Source: an uncultured Phascolarctobacterium sp.
Lineage (GTDB): Bacteria; Bacillota; Negativicutes; Acidaminococcales; Acidaminococcaceae
Assembly: GCA_958448515.1 (NCBI GenBank)
Contig: CAUDEF010000001.1
Coordinates: 15,488 to 79,487, forward strand
Direction of reading: 5' to 3'
Length of the DNA stretch: 64,000 nt
In this document: positions 40,301 through 49,902 of the stretch, piece by piece
How positions within the stretch are numbered: the first letter of the stretch is position 1
Layout: the number at the start of each line of letters is the position of its first letter
Made by a program: the position numbers and the translations under genes
The notes under the pieces: model-generated
Told to the model about the DNA's origin: nothing
What the model saw: the letters and a program-made list of their open reading frames with translations, nothing else
The model's database searches: none

Positions 40301-41398
40301 TTATTTTACCATAAAAGGCGGTAGTTGAGCACCGTTTTTTAAATGTATACCGAATGCATCAGCTGTCACTATCTGATAACCTGCAGCTTTTCTCATTCTG
40401 TTCATGACAGCCAGTCCTATTCCGCTTTCATCAACGCCTTCAGCTAAAATCACATCAGGCATGGTTCTGTCAAAGTCGCGCAGCAGATAAAATAATTTTG
40501 CAGCCAGCTCCTCCTTACATGTTCCCCAGTCGGCAACGGTAAGATTTTCATGCTTCTGCAGTCTTTGAGCAGTATCACTGCTGCATAAAACACCTGTTTT
40601 CAGTCCATGATTTAATGCCTGAAATACAAACTCTGTAAAATCTTCGCTGCTTATGCCTTCAAAAAGATACATGGCAGACTTAGGAGCATAATGCCTGTAC
40701 TTCATTCCCGGGGCTTTCGGCTTGAAGTTTTTATCGCCCTGCAGAGCAGGATCAATATCAACTGCACCTAAAACCTCTGTAAGCATTTCATAAGTTATCC
40801 CGCCCGGACGCAAAATTACAGGTACAGGAGAAGTTGTATCAACAACAGTTGATTCTAGTCCAATACCGCAATTGCCACCATCAACAACACCGGCAATTTT
40901 TCCTGACATATCCTCCAATACATCCTGCGCATTAGTAGGACTTGGTTTGCCGGAAATATTTGCTGATGGTGCTGCTATCGGACAGCCACATGCTCTGATA
41001 AAACTCTGTGCATATTTGTTAGAAGGAAATCTTACTGCTACAGTGGGCAACCCTGCACTGACAGCGTCAGGAACAATATCTGACTTATCAACAACTATTG
41101 TTAACGGTCCCGGCCAGAAAGCTTCTATTAAAGCTTCCGCATTTTTAGTCAGTCTGCTGCTCAGCTGCTGAATATCTTTTTTGTCAGCTATGTGCAGAAT
41201 TAAAGGATTATCATTAGGCCTGCCCTTGGCGGCAAATATTTTGGCAACTGCCTCACTGTTTAACCCGTCAGCTCCAAGACCATAAACTGTTTCTGTAGGA
41301 AAAGCAACAACCTCTCCTGCCTTTATCAGTGCCGCTGCCTGCTCAAAAACACATTTATCACTTTCACTATTTTGCAATTTCCAATAAGATGTCTGCAT
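40301..41398 (-). CDS. tsaC: L-threonylcarbamoyladenylate synthase (Sua5/YwlC type, with C-terminal Sua5 domain)
   Basis: VVAFPTETVYGLGAD and SANISGKPSPT motifs. ATG 41398 follows GGTGGA. Confidence 0.88.
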   Translation of the reverse strand: MQTSYWKLQNSESDKCVFEQAAALIKAGEVVAFPTETVYGLGADGLNSEAVAKIFAAKGRPNDNPLILHIADKKDIQQLSSRLTKNAEALIEAFWPGPLTIVVDKSDIVPDAVSAGLPTVAVRFPSNKYAQSFIRACGCPIAAPSANISGKPSPTNAQDVLEDMSGKIAGVVDGGNCGIGLESTVVDTTSPVPVILRPGGITYEMLTEVLGAVDIDPALQGDKNFKPKAPGMKYRHYAPKSAMYLFEGISSEDFTEFVFQALNHGLKTGVLCSSDTAQRLQKHENLTVADWGTCKEELAAKLFYLLRDFDRTMPDVILAEGVDESGIGLAVMNRMRKAAGYQIVTADAFGIHLKNGAQLPPFMVK

Positions 41399-42272
41399 AT
41401 TTTCCACCTTCTTTAGCTGCAAAAACCATTCTGTCTATTCCAGCATAATCTTTTCGTACAGCTACTTTTGTAAATCCACCTGCTCTGCATAAATCTGCAA
41501 CAGCAGCACTTTGATTTATACCTATTTCAAAAGCTAACAAACCGTCAGTTTCCATGTAATTGCCGGCCTGCTCGGTAATCCTCCTGTAAAAATCAAGACC
41601 ATCTTCGCCTCCGTCTAAGGCTGACACCGGTTCATTTTGTACATCCTTAGCCAGGCCTTTAATATCAGCAGCAGGAATGTAAGGAGGATTGGAAACAATA
41701 ATATCAAACTTTTTATCTGCCGGAATAGCAGCAAAAAGATCAGACTTTAAAAAAGCCAGTCTTGCAGCAACACCTATGGAAACGGCATTTTCCTTAGCCG
41801 TCTGCAATGCTCCCTGTGATATATCTACTCCCACGCCTTTTGCCTGCGGCAGATAATCCAGCAAAGACACAATAATAGCACCGCTGCCGGTACCTATATC
41901 AAGAATTTTAGGCGCTTCATTCACCAGCTGAGAAGCTTTTACCAGACTTTCTACAAGAAGTTCAGTTTCCGGTCTTGGCACAAGAGTAAACTTATTTACC
42001 TTAAAAGTATTGCGCATAAAAGCTTTTTCTCCAAGAATATACGCCAAAGGCTCGTGCTGAGCACGTCTGACAACAAGTTTTTTAAAGGCTGCCAGCTCAC
42101 TTTCATCAAGAGGTCTTTCAAAATCAACATATAAATTAATGCGTTCACAGTTTAAAACAGCACAAAGCAGTATCTCAGCATCAAGGCGTGGATTTTCCAC
42201 GCCTTTATCTGCAAAATACTGCTTTGTCCAATTTAATATTTTCATAACAGTCCAGACAGACTTTATTTCCAT
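41367..42272 (-). CDS. prmC: release factor glutamine N5-methyltransferase
   Basis: DIGTGSGAI is the SAM motif. NPPY is the catalytic motif. Confidence 0.9.
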   Translation of the reverse strand: MEIKSVWTVMKILNWTKQYFADKGVENPRLDAEILLCAVLNCERINLYVDFERPLDESELAAFKKLVVRRAQHEPLAYILGEKAFMRNTFKVNKFTLVPRPETELLVESLVKASQLVNEAPKILDIGTGSGAIIVSLLDYLPQAKGVGVDISQGALQTAKENAVSIGVAARLAFLKSDLFAAIPADKKFDIIVSNPPYIPAADIKGLAKDVQNEPVSALDGGEDGLDFYRRITEQAGNYMETDGLLAFEIGINQSAAVADLCRAGGFTKVAVRKDYAGIDRMVFAAKEGGKYADILLEIAK

Positions 42273-42274
42273 AT

Positions 42275-43342
42275 CTATTTCACCTGACGTAATTGTTCAC
42301 TTTGTTTTGCTGTAATCAGAGCATCCAGAAGTTCATCAAGATCTCCGTTTACGATAGTATCAAGCTTATGCAAAGTAAGTCCGATGCGATGATCAGTTAC
42401 ACGACCCTGCGGGTAGTTATAGGTTCTGATTCTTTCACTGCGGTCACCGGTACCAACCTGACTTTTTCTGTCTTCAGCAGTTGCAGCACGCTGCTCCTCC
42501 TGAGCCATTTCCAAAATACGCGCACGCAGTACACGCATACATTTTTCACGATTTTTAAGCTGTGATTTTTCATCCTGGCACTGCGCTACAATACCTGTAG
42601 GAATATGGGTAATACGTACGGCAGATTCTGTTTTATTTACATATTGTCCGCCGGCACCGCCTGCTCTGTAGGTATCAATACGCAAATCAGCAGGATTAAT
42701 CTCTACATCAACTTCTTCAGCTTCCGGAAGTACGGCAACAGTTACGGTAGAAGTGTGCACTCTTCCCTGAGATTCTGTTTCCGGAACGCGCTGCACACGA
42801 TGAACACCACTTTCAAACTTCATGCGGCTGTATACATTATCGCCGTTAATCTGGAATACCACTTCCTTAAAACCACCCAGCTCTGTAGGGTTGGAGTCCA
42901 TAACCTCAACTTTCCAGCCTCTGGTTTCAGCATAACGCACATACATTCTGAACAGTACTCCGGCAAATAATGCTGCTTCTTCACCACCGGCACCGCCGCG
43001 AATTTCAACAATGACATTTTTTTCATCGTTAGGATCAGAAGGGAGCAGTAAAATAGTCAGTCGCTCTTCATATTCAGCCAGCTTCGGTTTCAGTTCTTTA
43101 AGCTCTTCCTTAGCCATTTCCGCCAGCTCTTCATCATCTCCGGCCTGCATTATTTCCTCAGCTTCATCTTTAGCTTTCATCATATCACGATATTCACGAT
43201 AAACAGTAACAATATCGGTAAGCTTTGCATGCGCCTTGGTACATTTAAGCCATTCTGCCTGATTGGCAATTACGTCCGGGTCACTGATACGTGCTTCCAA
43301 ATCAAGGTATTTATCTTCTATTGCCTGTAATTTATCTAACAT
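42275..43342 (-). CDS. prfA: peptide chain release factor 1
   Basis: PET tripeptide and GGQ ([12 protein letters not shown]). [12 protein letters not shown] from ATG 43342, which overlaps the upstream stop (TAATG). Confidence 0.95.
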   Translation of the reverse strand: MLDKLQAIEDKYLDLEARISDPDVIANQAEWLKCTKAHAKLTDIVTVYREYRDMMKAKDEAEEIMQAGDDEELAEMAKEELKELKPKLAEYEERLTILLLPSDPNDEKNVIVEIRGGAGGEEAALFAGVLFRMYVRYAETRGWKVEVMDSNPTELGGFKEVVFQINGDNVYSRMKFESGVHRVQRVPETESQGRVHTSTVTVAVLPEAEEVDVEINPADLRIDTYRAGGAGGQYVNKTESAVRITHIPTGIVAQCQDEKSQLKNREKCMRVLRARILEMAQEEQRAATAEDRKSQVGTGDRSERIRTYNYPQGRVTDHRIGLTLHKLDTIVNGDLDELLDALITAKQSEQLRQVK

Positions 43343-44235
43343 TAACAAATCTTCTCCTGCTTAATAATTTCTTCTTCCGGCAGCACTGCTTTTAAGGAAG
43401 CTATAGCAACTTCAATCTGATCATCATCAGGTTCTCTGGTAGTCAGCTTCTGCAGCAGCAAACCAGGCATTATAGAAAATCTTACCAGCTTATTGTCTGC
43501 ATGAGCTCCGGCAAATCTGATAATTTCATAGCTTACTCCGGCAATAACCGGCATTAATACTACTCGGGAAGCAATTCTCTCCCAAAGATCCGGCCAGCCT
43601 AAAAATGTAAACACAAACATACTGATCAGCATTACTATCATCAGAAAGTTAGTGCCACAGCGTGGATGCAGAGTGCTGAATCCACGGATATTTTCTACTA
43701 TAAGCTCTTTTTGTGCTTCATAAGCATAAATAGTCTTGTGCTCTGCTCCATGATACTGGAATACTCGCTGAATATCTTTCATTGAAGATATAGCCGCAAT
43801 ATATATCAAAAATATGACCATTCGCAGAACGCCTTCTGCCAGATTGAGCATCATGGGATCTGCCGTAACTTCATGTAAAAATCTCATGGACCAGGTAGGC
43901 AGTACAATAAAAAGTCCTACAGCCAAAAGTACAGAAGTCAAAATAGTCATGATCATTCCTTTCGTTGTCAGTTGCTCGTCTTCTTCACCGGATACCTGCG
44001 CTGAGTAGGCCAAAGCTTTCATACCATCGTACAAAGACTCAAACAGTGCAACCACACCTCGTAAAAAAGGCTTGTTTAATATCGGAAACCTGTCACGAAT
44101 ACTGTTTACAGGCTTCACATCTACAGCAATTTCGCCGTTGGGCTGACGAACAGCTACAGCCATCTTGTCCTTGCCGCGCATCATAACGCCTTCAATAACG
44201 GCCTGTCCGCCAACATTAAATTTTTGTTTAGTCAT
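43342..44235 (-). CDS. DUF1385 domain membrane protein
   Basis: [15 protein letters not shown] and YHGAEHK blocks are typical of DUF1385. Confidence 0.75.
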   Translation of the reverse strand: MTKQKFNVGGQAVIEGVMMRGKDKMAVAVRQPNGEIAVDVKPVNSIRDRFPILNKPFLRGVVALFESLYDGMKALAYSAQVSGEEDEQLTTKGMIMTILTSVLLAVGLFIVLPTWSMRFLHEVTADPMMLNLAEGVLRMVIFLIYIAAISSMKDIQRVFQYHGAEHKTIYAYEAQKELIVENIRGFSTLHPRCGTNFLMIVMLISMFVFTFLGWPDLWERIASRVVLMPVIAGVSYEIIRFAGAHADNKLVRFSIMPGLLLQKLTTREPDDDQIEVAIASLKAVLPEEEIIKQEKIC

Positions 44236-44279
44236 AATTTACCCCATTTAAAAACATAAAAAACAATAAATGCCGATAT

Positions 44280-44313
44280 ACAAACACAGCAGAGCTTTTT
44301 GAGCTCTGCTGTG
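44280..44313 (-). terminator. intrinsic terminator after rpmE
   Basis: cacagcagagct/agctctgctgtg (12-bp stem) followed by TTTGT on the minus strand. Confidence 0.75.
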
Positions 44314-44320
44314 AAGATAA

Positions 44321-44524
44321 TTATTTTTCTGTGTTGTAACGTTTATTGAATTTTTCAATACGACCACGTGCTGCAACATTACGTTGTTGACCGGTAAAGA
44401 ACGGATGACATTTGGAGCAAACGTCTACACGCAATTCACCTTTAACACTGCCGGTTACAAAGCTTGCACCGCAACCGCAGGTTGCTTTAACTTCTTCGTA
44501 TTTAGGATGAATATTTGCCTTCAT
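44321..44524 (-). CDS. rpmE: 50S ribosomal protein L31 (Zn-ribbon type A)
   Basis: [16 protein letters not shown]...[21 protein letters not shown]. Confidence 0.93.
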   Translation of the reverse strand: MKANIHPKYEEVKATCGCGASFVTGSVKGELRVDVCSKCHPFFTGQQRNVAARGRIEKFNKRYNTEK

Positions 44525-44645
44525 TATCTTGTGCACCTCACTTTTCAATTAACATGTATATATTTAATCGATATTAACGCTAAATAATTGTATCATATAC
44601 CTTTAATCTGCGCAAGCTGTTTTTGCATATAAAAAGATTTTTTGT

Positions 44646-44675
44646 ATAAAAAATAACCCCTGATAAAATCAGGGG
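44646..44675 (-). terminator. intrinsic terminator after hsp20
   Basis: cccctgat-aaa-atcagggg followed by TTATTTTTT on the minus strand. Confidence 0.8.
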
Positions 44676-44681
44676 CTGCGC

Positions 44682-45131
44682 TTAGCCTTCAATAGCAATG
44701 TATTTCTGTTCTTCTACTTTTTTAGGCTCAGTTTTCGGAACAAATACTTTCAAAATGCCATCTTCAAATTTAGCTTTGATGTCCTCTTGTTTTACATCCT
44801 CACCTACATAGAAAGTTCTGGAGCATTGTCCTGTATAACGCTCACGGCGGATATAGACACCTGCATCATTTTTTTCATCTTTATCAAGACCTTTAACAGC
44901 ACTGATGGTAAGGTATCCTTTTTCCAGTTTCGCTGTTACATCTTCTTTTTTAAATCCCGGCAGATCAATGTCCATTTCATAACCGGCATCTGTTTCTTTA
45001 ACATCAGTCTTCATGATATTTTTTTCATGTTTGCCATAAAGGGGATTATGTCCGTTAAAGAACTCTCTTTCAAAAGGAAAACTCATAAAATCATCAAATA
45101 AACTTTCACCAAAAATACTAGGAACTCTCAT
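44682..45131 (-). CDS. Hsp20/alpha-crystallin family small heat shock protein
   Basis: 149 aa from ATG 45131 (GGAGG 8 nt upstream). Alpha-crystallin domain with GILKVFVPK near the C-terminus. Confidence 0.88.
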   Translation of the reverse strand: MRVPSIFGESLFDDFMSFPFEREFFNGHNPLYGKHEKNIMKTDVKETDAGYEMDIDLPGFKKEDVTAKLEKGYLTISAVKGLDKDEKNDAGVYIRRERYTGQCSRTFYVGEDVKQEDIKAKFEDGILKVFVPKTEPKKVEEQKYIAIEG

Positions 45132-45243
45132 AATAAATACCTCCATTATTAAGTTCATAGTAAGCAGCTTCTGTTTGCTATGAATTATATCATTTTTATA
45201 CCTTTGAAGCCTCTCTTTTGTGGCTTCTTCTTGGTACAATTAT

Positions 45244-45272
45244 GTTATAACTCTTTTTGTTAGCACTGTCAA
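45244..45272 (-). promoter_or_regulatory. promoter of hsp20, with its -35 box inside the CIRCE spacer
   Basis: Minus strand has TTGACA, a 17-nt spacer and TATAAC. Confidence 0.55.
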
Positions 45273-45286
45273 TAGTTGAGTGCTAA
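45260..45286. promoter_or_regulatory. CIRCE element (HrcA operator)
   Basis: TTAGCACTG-N9-GAGTGCTAA compared with the consensus TTAGCACTC-N9-GAGTGCTAA (1 mismatch). Confidence 0.85.
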
Positions 45287-45344
45287 TATTTTATTATTTT
45301 ACATTTTTAACACAAATTTATAAATTTATATATTATTATTTAAT

Positions 45345-45389
45345 AACAAAACAAAAAACTCACTGAACATAATTATATCCAGTGAGTTT
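45345..45389 (-). terminator. intrinsic terminator after sstT
   Basis: aaactcactg/cagtgagttt (10-bp stem) followed by TTTTTTGTTTTGTT on the minus strand. Confidence 0.8.
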
Positions 45390-45399
45390 AAATATCAGT

Positions 45400-46611
45400 T
45401 TAAGCTCTATTGCGATAATTTTCGTCAGCAATAGCTGTAAAAAGTACGTCAGTAGATGAATTCAGAGCAGTTTCTGTGGAGTCCTGCAATATACCAATGA
45501 TAAAGCCTACTGCAACAACCTGCATGGAAATATCATCAGAGATACCAAACAAGGAACATGCCATAGGCACCAGAAGCAATGAACCACCGGCAACACCGGA
45601 AGCACCACATGCACCTATGGTAGCCATAATGCTAAGCAGGAAAGCTGTCGGCAAATCCACGGGAATACCCAGAGTATAAACCGCAGACAAGGTCAAAATT
45701 GTAATGGTAATTGCCGCACCCATCATGTTAATTGTTGCACCTAAAGGAATAGATACAGCATAAGCATCCGGGTTAAGACCCAATTTTTTACACAAAGCCA
45801 TATTTACCGGAATATTAGCAGCACTGCTGCGGGTACAGAAAGCGTAAATACCACTTTCCTTCAGGCATGTGAAAACAAGAGGATAAGGATTGCGGCGTAA
45901 AACTGCAAACACAATAAGCGGATTTACAATGAGTGCCATAAAGAACATGGTACCAAGCAATACACACAAAAGTTTTGCATAACCAACCAGAGCATATAAG
46001 CCGTTAGCAGAAATGGAGCTTGCTACAAGACCAAAAATACCGATAGGAGCAAGACGAATTACCCAGCGAATAATTTTGGATGTACCAACAGCAAAATGGA
46101 AAATTACATCCTTAACATGCTCAGGGCTGTTGCGGAAAGCAATACCTAAAAGTACGCTCCAGGTAAGAATGCCGATATAGTTTGCATCAACAAGGGCACC
46201 AATAGGATTGGCAACCATATTCATTACCAGTGTCAAAAGCACTTCAGCAATATTTCCGGGCGGCTTCAGTGACTCAGCACCTACACTCAAAGTTAAGCTT
46301 GTAGGAAAACTGAAAGAAGCAAAAACTGCAGCAGCTGCTGCCAGGAATGTACCGCTCAGATACAGAAAGATAATCTTTGTCATATTTGTTTTAGTGCCTT
46401 CCTGATGGCGGGAAATAGACGCAATTACCAGGAAAAATACCAAAATAGGAGCAACAGCTTTTAACGCTCCTACAAACAAATTACCAAAAAGAGTAAAATA
46501 CTGTGCAAGTCCCGGTGCCGTCAGTGCAACTATAACACCCAATACAAAACCAACAAAGATCTGCACCACTATGCTGACACTGTTAACAGCATCAAACAAG
46601 CCTCTCAACAT
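45400..46611 (-). CDS. sstT: serine/threonine:Na+ symporter SstT (DAACS family)
   Basis: 403 aa. The N-terminus [25 protein letters not shown] and the overall DAACS topology resemble SstT. Confidence 0.75.
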   Translation of the reverse strand: MLRGLFDAVNSVSIVVQIFVGFVLGVIVALTAPGLAQYFTLFGNLFVGALKAVAPILVFFLVIASISRHQEGTKTNMTKIIFLYLSGTFLAAAAAVFASFSFPTSLTLSVGAESLKPPGNIAEVLLTLVMNMVANPIGALVDANYIGILTWSVLLGIAFRNSPEHVKDVIFHFAVGTSKIIRWVIRLAPIGIFGLVASSISANGLYALVGYAKLLCVLLGTMFFMALIVNPLIVFAVLRRNPYPLVFTCLKESGIYAFCTRSSAANIPVNMALCKKLGLNPDAYAVSIPLGATINMMGAAITITILTLSAVYTLGIPVDLPTAFLLSIMATIGACGASGVAGGSLLLVPMACSLFGISDDISMQVVAVGFIIGILQDSTETALNSSTDVLFTAIADENYRNRA

Positions 46612-46830
46612 ACATTAACACTTCCTTATATAATATTTCCCCTCAAAACAAGGAAGTAAAATCTTATGTATAACAACCGGCATTCTTTGTATACATAATA
46701 CATTTTACTGCTCCTCCAAAAACCATGTGTATATGATACCACCACACATTCCATTATGTAAAGTCTTTTGTTTTGCTGTAGTGTCCACAACTGGTGTACA
46801 CTACATATTTTTTCATGTTTACTATTTAAC

Positions 46831-46890
46831 TTATCAACAACTGTGGATAAGTTATGCACTTTATGTTGATAAGTGATATATTTATCCACA
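46831..46890. promoter_or_regulatory. cluster of four DnaA boxes
   Basis: TTATCAACA (46831..46839). TGTGGATAA (46842..46850), a perfect box on the minus strand. TGTTGATAA (46864..46872). TTATCCACA (46882..46890), perfect. A weaker gTgTCCACA lies at 46781..46789. Confidence 0.7.
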
Positions 46891-46922
46891 AAAAAATCCT
46901 GCTCCTTTATAAAAGAGCAGGA
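46890..46922 (-). terminator. intrinsic terminator after the NCS2 permease gene
   Basis: Minus strand: tcctgctc-ttttataaag-gagcagga followed by TTTTTTT. The T-run abuts a perfect DnaA box. Confidence 0.75.
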
Positions 46923-46940
46923 CAAAACTCATATCCGGTT

Positions 46941-48320
46941 TTATACATATACGTATTTCAAAATAAATAATATTGCCAGAACATAGATAAGACTGCTTAT
47001 CTTTTTATGTTTGTAGGTGCCGCATACCAGGTTGATAGCTACATAAGAAATAACACCCATGGCAATACCTTCAGATATAGAATACATAAAAGGCATTGTT
47101 ACTGTTGCAATAAATGCAGGTATCGCTTCACTCAGTTCATTAAAATCAATTTTAAGCATACTGCTGAACATTAAAAATCCTACAATAATCAAGGCTGGAG
47201 CCGTTGCAAAATCAGGAATAGCCAAAAATACAGGTGCCAAAAACAGACTCAAAAGAAAAAGAACGGCAACAGTTACTGCGGTAAGACCTGTACGTCCGCC
47301 AGCAACAACTCCGGCAGAACTTTCAACAAAAGTAGTTACTGTTGAGGTACCAAGAATGGCGCCACCTGTTGTTGCAATAGAATCCGCTAAAAGAGCGCCT
47401 TCAATTTTAGGCAGGCGTCCTTTTTCATCCAGCATATTAGCCTTGGAAGCAACACCAATAAGCGAACCTAATGTATCAAATAAATCTACAAATAAAAATG
47501 AAAGCATAATGGTTATAAAATTAAATGTCAGTATGGCACTGAAATCCAACTGCATAAAAGTAGGCGCAATACTGGGAATATTTATTCCTGACGAAAAATC
47601 AGGCATAACGGAAAACATACCCATCTTAGGATCAGGAGTATAAATTCCAACAACCTCACAGATCATGCCTAAAACCCATGTTCCCAATATACCAAACAAA
47701 ATACCGCCGGGAATATTTTTCACAAGAAATACAGCAGTCATCAAAGTACCGATAATTGCCAAAAGTGCACCTATACCGGTTACATAAAAACTTCCGTCCT
47801 CAAAAGAAGCCTTAAACGGGTAAAGCCCTACAAGAGTAGGCCCTGCAACAACCATTTTGGAATTCTGCATACCTATGAAGGCTATAAAAAGTCCTATACC
47901 GCTTGTAACGCCCAGCTTTAAACTCATGGGAATACAATTAAAGATAGCCTCACGAACCTTGGTAAGTGATAAAACTATAAATATAAGACCTTCAACAAAA
48001 ACCGCAGCCAGAGCAACCTGCCACGAATAACCCATCTGTCCGACAACAGTATAGGCAAAAAAAGCATTCAGACCCATGCCGGGAGCAAGGGCAATGGGAT
48101 AATTGGAAAAAGCCGCCATTATCAAAGTACCTAGGCAGGCAGAAACTGCAGTAGCAGTAAATACGGCTCCGGTATCCATTCCTGCTGTTCCTAAAATACC
48201 GGGATTGACTGCCAGAATATACGCCATCGTCATAAAAGTAGTTATTCCGGCCATAATTTCTGTGCGTATATCAGTATGATGTTCTTTTAACCGAAATATT
48301 CTCTCACAAAATGCATGCAT
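46941..48320 (-). CDS. NCS2 family purine permease (adenine/guanine/hypoxanthine, AzgA/PbuG-like)
   Basis: The block RTEIMAGITTFMTMAYILAVNPGILG is typical of the AzgA-like NCS2 subfamily. 459 aa, about 13 TM. Confidence 0.8.
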   Translation of the reverse strand: MHAFCERIFRLKEHHTDIRTEIMAGITTFMTMAYILAVNPGILGTAGMDTGAVFTATAVSACLGTLIMAAFSNYPIALAPGMGLNAFFAYTVVGQMGYSWQVALAAVFVEGLIFIVLSLTKVREAIFNCIPMSLKLGVTSGIGLFIAFIGMQNSKMVVAGPTLVGLYPFKASFEDGSFYVTGIGALLAIIGTLMTAVFLVKNIPGGILFGILGTWVLGMICEVVGIYTPDPKMGMFSVMPDFSSGINIPSIAPTFMQLDFSAILTFNFITIMLSFLFVDLFDTLGSLIGVASKANMLDEKGRLPKIEGALLADSIATTGGAILGTSTVTTFVESSAGVVAGGRTGLTAVTVAVLFLLSLFLAPVFLAIPDFATAPALIIVGFLMFSSMLKIDFNELSEAIPAFIATVTMPFMYSISEGIAMGVISYVAINLVCGTYKHKKISSLIYVLAILFILKYVYV

Positions 48321-48389
48321 TAATTTTCCTCCTTTAAAAGCTTTGTTACAATTTATAAAATCCAGCTATTTATACAGGATTTTTTAGAA

Positions 48390-48431
48390 AAGCAACAGTC
48401 TTCACCAGTACTAACTGATGAAGACTGTTTT
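48390..48431. terminator. terminator hairpin after the hydrogenase-like gene
   Basis: aacagtcttca...tgaagactgtt stem. T6 follows on the plus strand and GCUUUUCU on the minus strand. Confidence 0.6.
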
Positions 48432-49886
48432 TTATTTGGTATATTTATCATCCACAGTCTGTTTCACAGGAGCAGCATCCGCATATTTCGTCAGGGAAAC
48501 CTTACTTAACCTGAAATCAGCAACAGCTCCCGGACCATCAATACAGCCGTTAGGACAGGCCATACCCTCAAAATACGTACAGCCATCAGCATCTTTGGCC
48601 AAATCTCTTAAAGCCTTATGACAGCTGTCAATACCTGCCGCATAACAGCTTTTGGCAACACTGCCTCCTTTTGCCTCAACTGTAGCTTTTACCGCTGCCG
48701 TAACACCTGCATAAAGCGGGAAACCAAGACCAAGCCTTGAACCATCTCTTTCATAAGCAATGTTTTCTTCTTCCTCTATTACAATATCTTTTCCGTCCAG
48801 CAGGCATTTAATCTCTTCAAAAGTCATAACATAATCAATCACATCACCATGTGCTCTTCCTTCTGACTTTTTAGCAATACATGGACCGATAAAAACAGTA
48901 ACTGCATCCTTGTAAATCTTCTTAACCAGCTTGCCGCAGGAAACCATGGGAGAATCTGTTTCAGATATTTTATCTGCAATTTCAGGAACATGTTTCTTGA
49001 TTAAATTTACAAATGCAGGGCAGCAGGAACTTGTCATAAAAGCCTGCTTTTCAGGAACTTTGTCCAGATATTCCTCTGCTTCAATAACGCTCGTAATATC
49101 AGCTCCTACAGCAACTTCTACCACTTCGGCAAAGCCCGCTTTTTTCAGAGCACTGTAAAACTGTCCAACCTCAACCTTAAAACCATACTGACCGGCAACA
49201 GAGGGAGCAACCATGGCAATTACATTTTTACCTGCCTTAATATCCAGTATTACTTTTACGATACTGCTGCGCTCGTCAATTGCGCCAAAAGGACAGGCAT
49301 TGCGGCAGGCACCGCATTCAACACATTTGTCATGATCAATAACAGCCTTCTTATCATGCTTTACGCTGACAGCTCCAAGGGCACATGCTCTTACACACGG
49401 ACGATGAATCTCCAAAATAGCACCATAAGGGCAGGCACTTTTGCATCTGCCGCATTCAATGCATTTTGTTCTGTCTATAAAAGCTCTGTTCTGATACAGA
49501 CTGATAGCCTTTTTCGGGCAATTATCCATGCATTTATGTGTAATGCAGTGACGGCAGGCATCAGAAACAAAGTATGTTTCAATAGGACACTGATCACAGG
49601 CCACCGGCAAAACATCAATGACAGGCAAATCTTTGCGTTCCGGCTGATTTAAAGTCAGCTTTGCTGCCTCAATAATATTCAGATCACAGGTCTGACCCAG
49701 AGCCATATCAATTCTGTTTTTTAATACCGCTCTTTCCTTATAAACACAGCAGCGATACCTTGGAGTGTCTTCCCTTACCTCCTGCAGAATATCATACACT
49801 CTTTCAACCAGCTGGTCATTCCATGTATATCTTGCCAGATGCTCAAGCACCATTCTGCGCAGTTGCGCTACAGCAGTTAGTTCCAT
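48432..49886 (-). CDS. [FeFe]-hydrogenase-like protein (N-terminal unknown domain + four 4Fe-4S motifs + short H-cluster-type domain)
   Basis: H-cluster-like motifs: TSSCCPAF (P1), GPCIAKKSE (P2), EGMACPNGCIDGPG (P3). Ferredoxin motifs: CIECGRCKSACP and CVECGACRNACP. AAGGAGG RBS lies 6 nt before ATG 49886. Confidence 0.7.
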   Translation of the reverse strand: MELTAVAQLRRMVLEHLARYTWNDQLVERVYDILQEVREDTPRYRCCVYKERAVLKNRIDMALGQTCDLNIIEAAKLTLNQPERKDLPVIDVLPVACDQCPIETYFVSDACRHCITHKCMDNCPKKAISLYQNRAFIDRTKCIECGRCKSACPYGAILEIHRPCVRACALGAVSVKHDKKAVIDHDKCVECGACRNACPFGAIDERSSIVKVILDIKAGKNVIAMVAPSVAGQYGFKVEVGQFYSALKKAGFAEVVEVAVGADITSVIEAEEYLDKVPEKQAFMTSSCCPAFVNLIKKHVPEIADKISETDSPMVSCGKLVKKIYKDAVTVFIGPCIAKKSEGRAHGDVIDYVMTFEEIKCLLDGKDIVIEEEENIAYERDGSRLGLGFPLYAGVTAAVKATVEAKGGSVAKSCYAAGIDSCHKALRDLAKDADGCTYFEGMACPNGCIDGPGAVADFRLSKVSLTKYADAAPVKQTVDDKYTK

Positions 49887-49902
49887 ATTGTACCTCCTTA
49901 TT

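Noticed and set aside
46781-46890. The DnaA-box cluster as the chromosomal origin (oriC).
   Set aside because: There is no dnaA, dnaN or rpmH nearby. Genes on both sides are on the same strand, so there is no strand switch. I see no tandem AT-rich 13/16-mer unwinding element. I treat it as a non-origin DnaA-box cluster.
46626-46925. 99-aa minus-strand ORF filling the permease-sstT spacer.
   Set aside because: It spans a terminator hairpin and the DnaA-box cluster, has no RBS at its start, and has an implausible composition. Only its last 25 codons, which have their own GGAGG, are kept as a low-confidence uORF.
48321-48431. A purine riboswitch upstream of the NCS2 purine permease.
   Set aside because: The spacer is only ~110 nt, and about 40 nt of it is the upstream gene's terminator. 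The remainder has no three-way-junction pattern and none of the conserved purine-riboswitch loop sequences.
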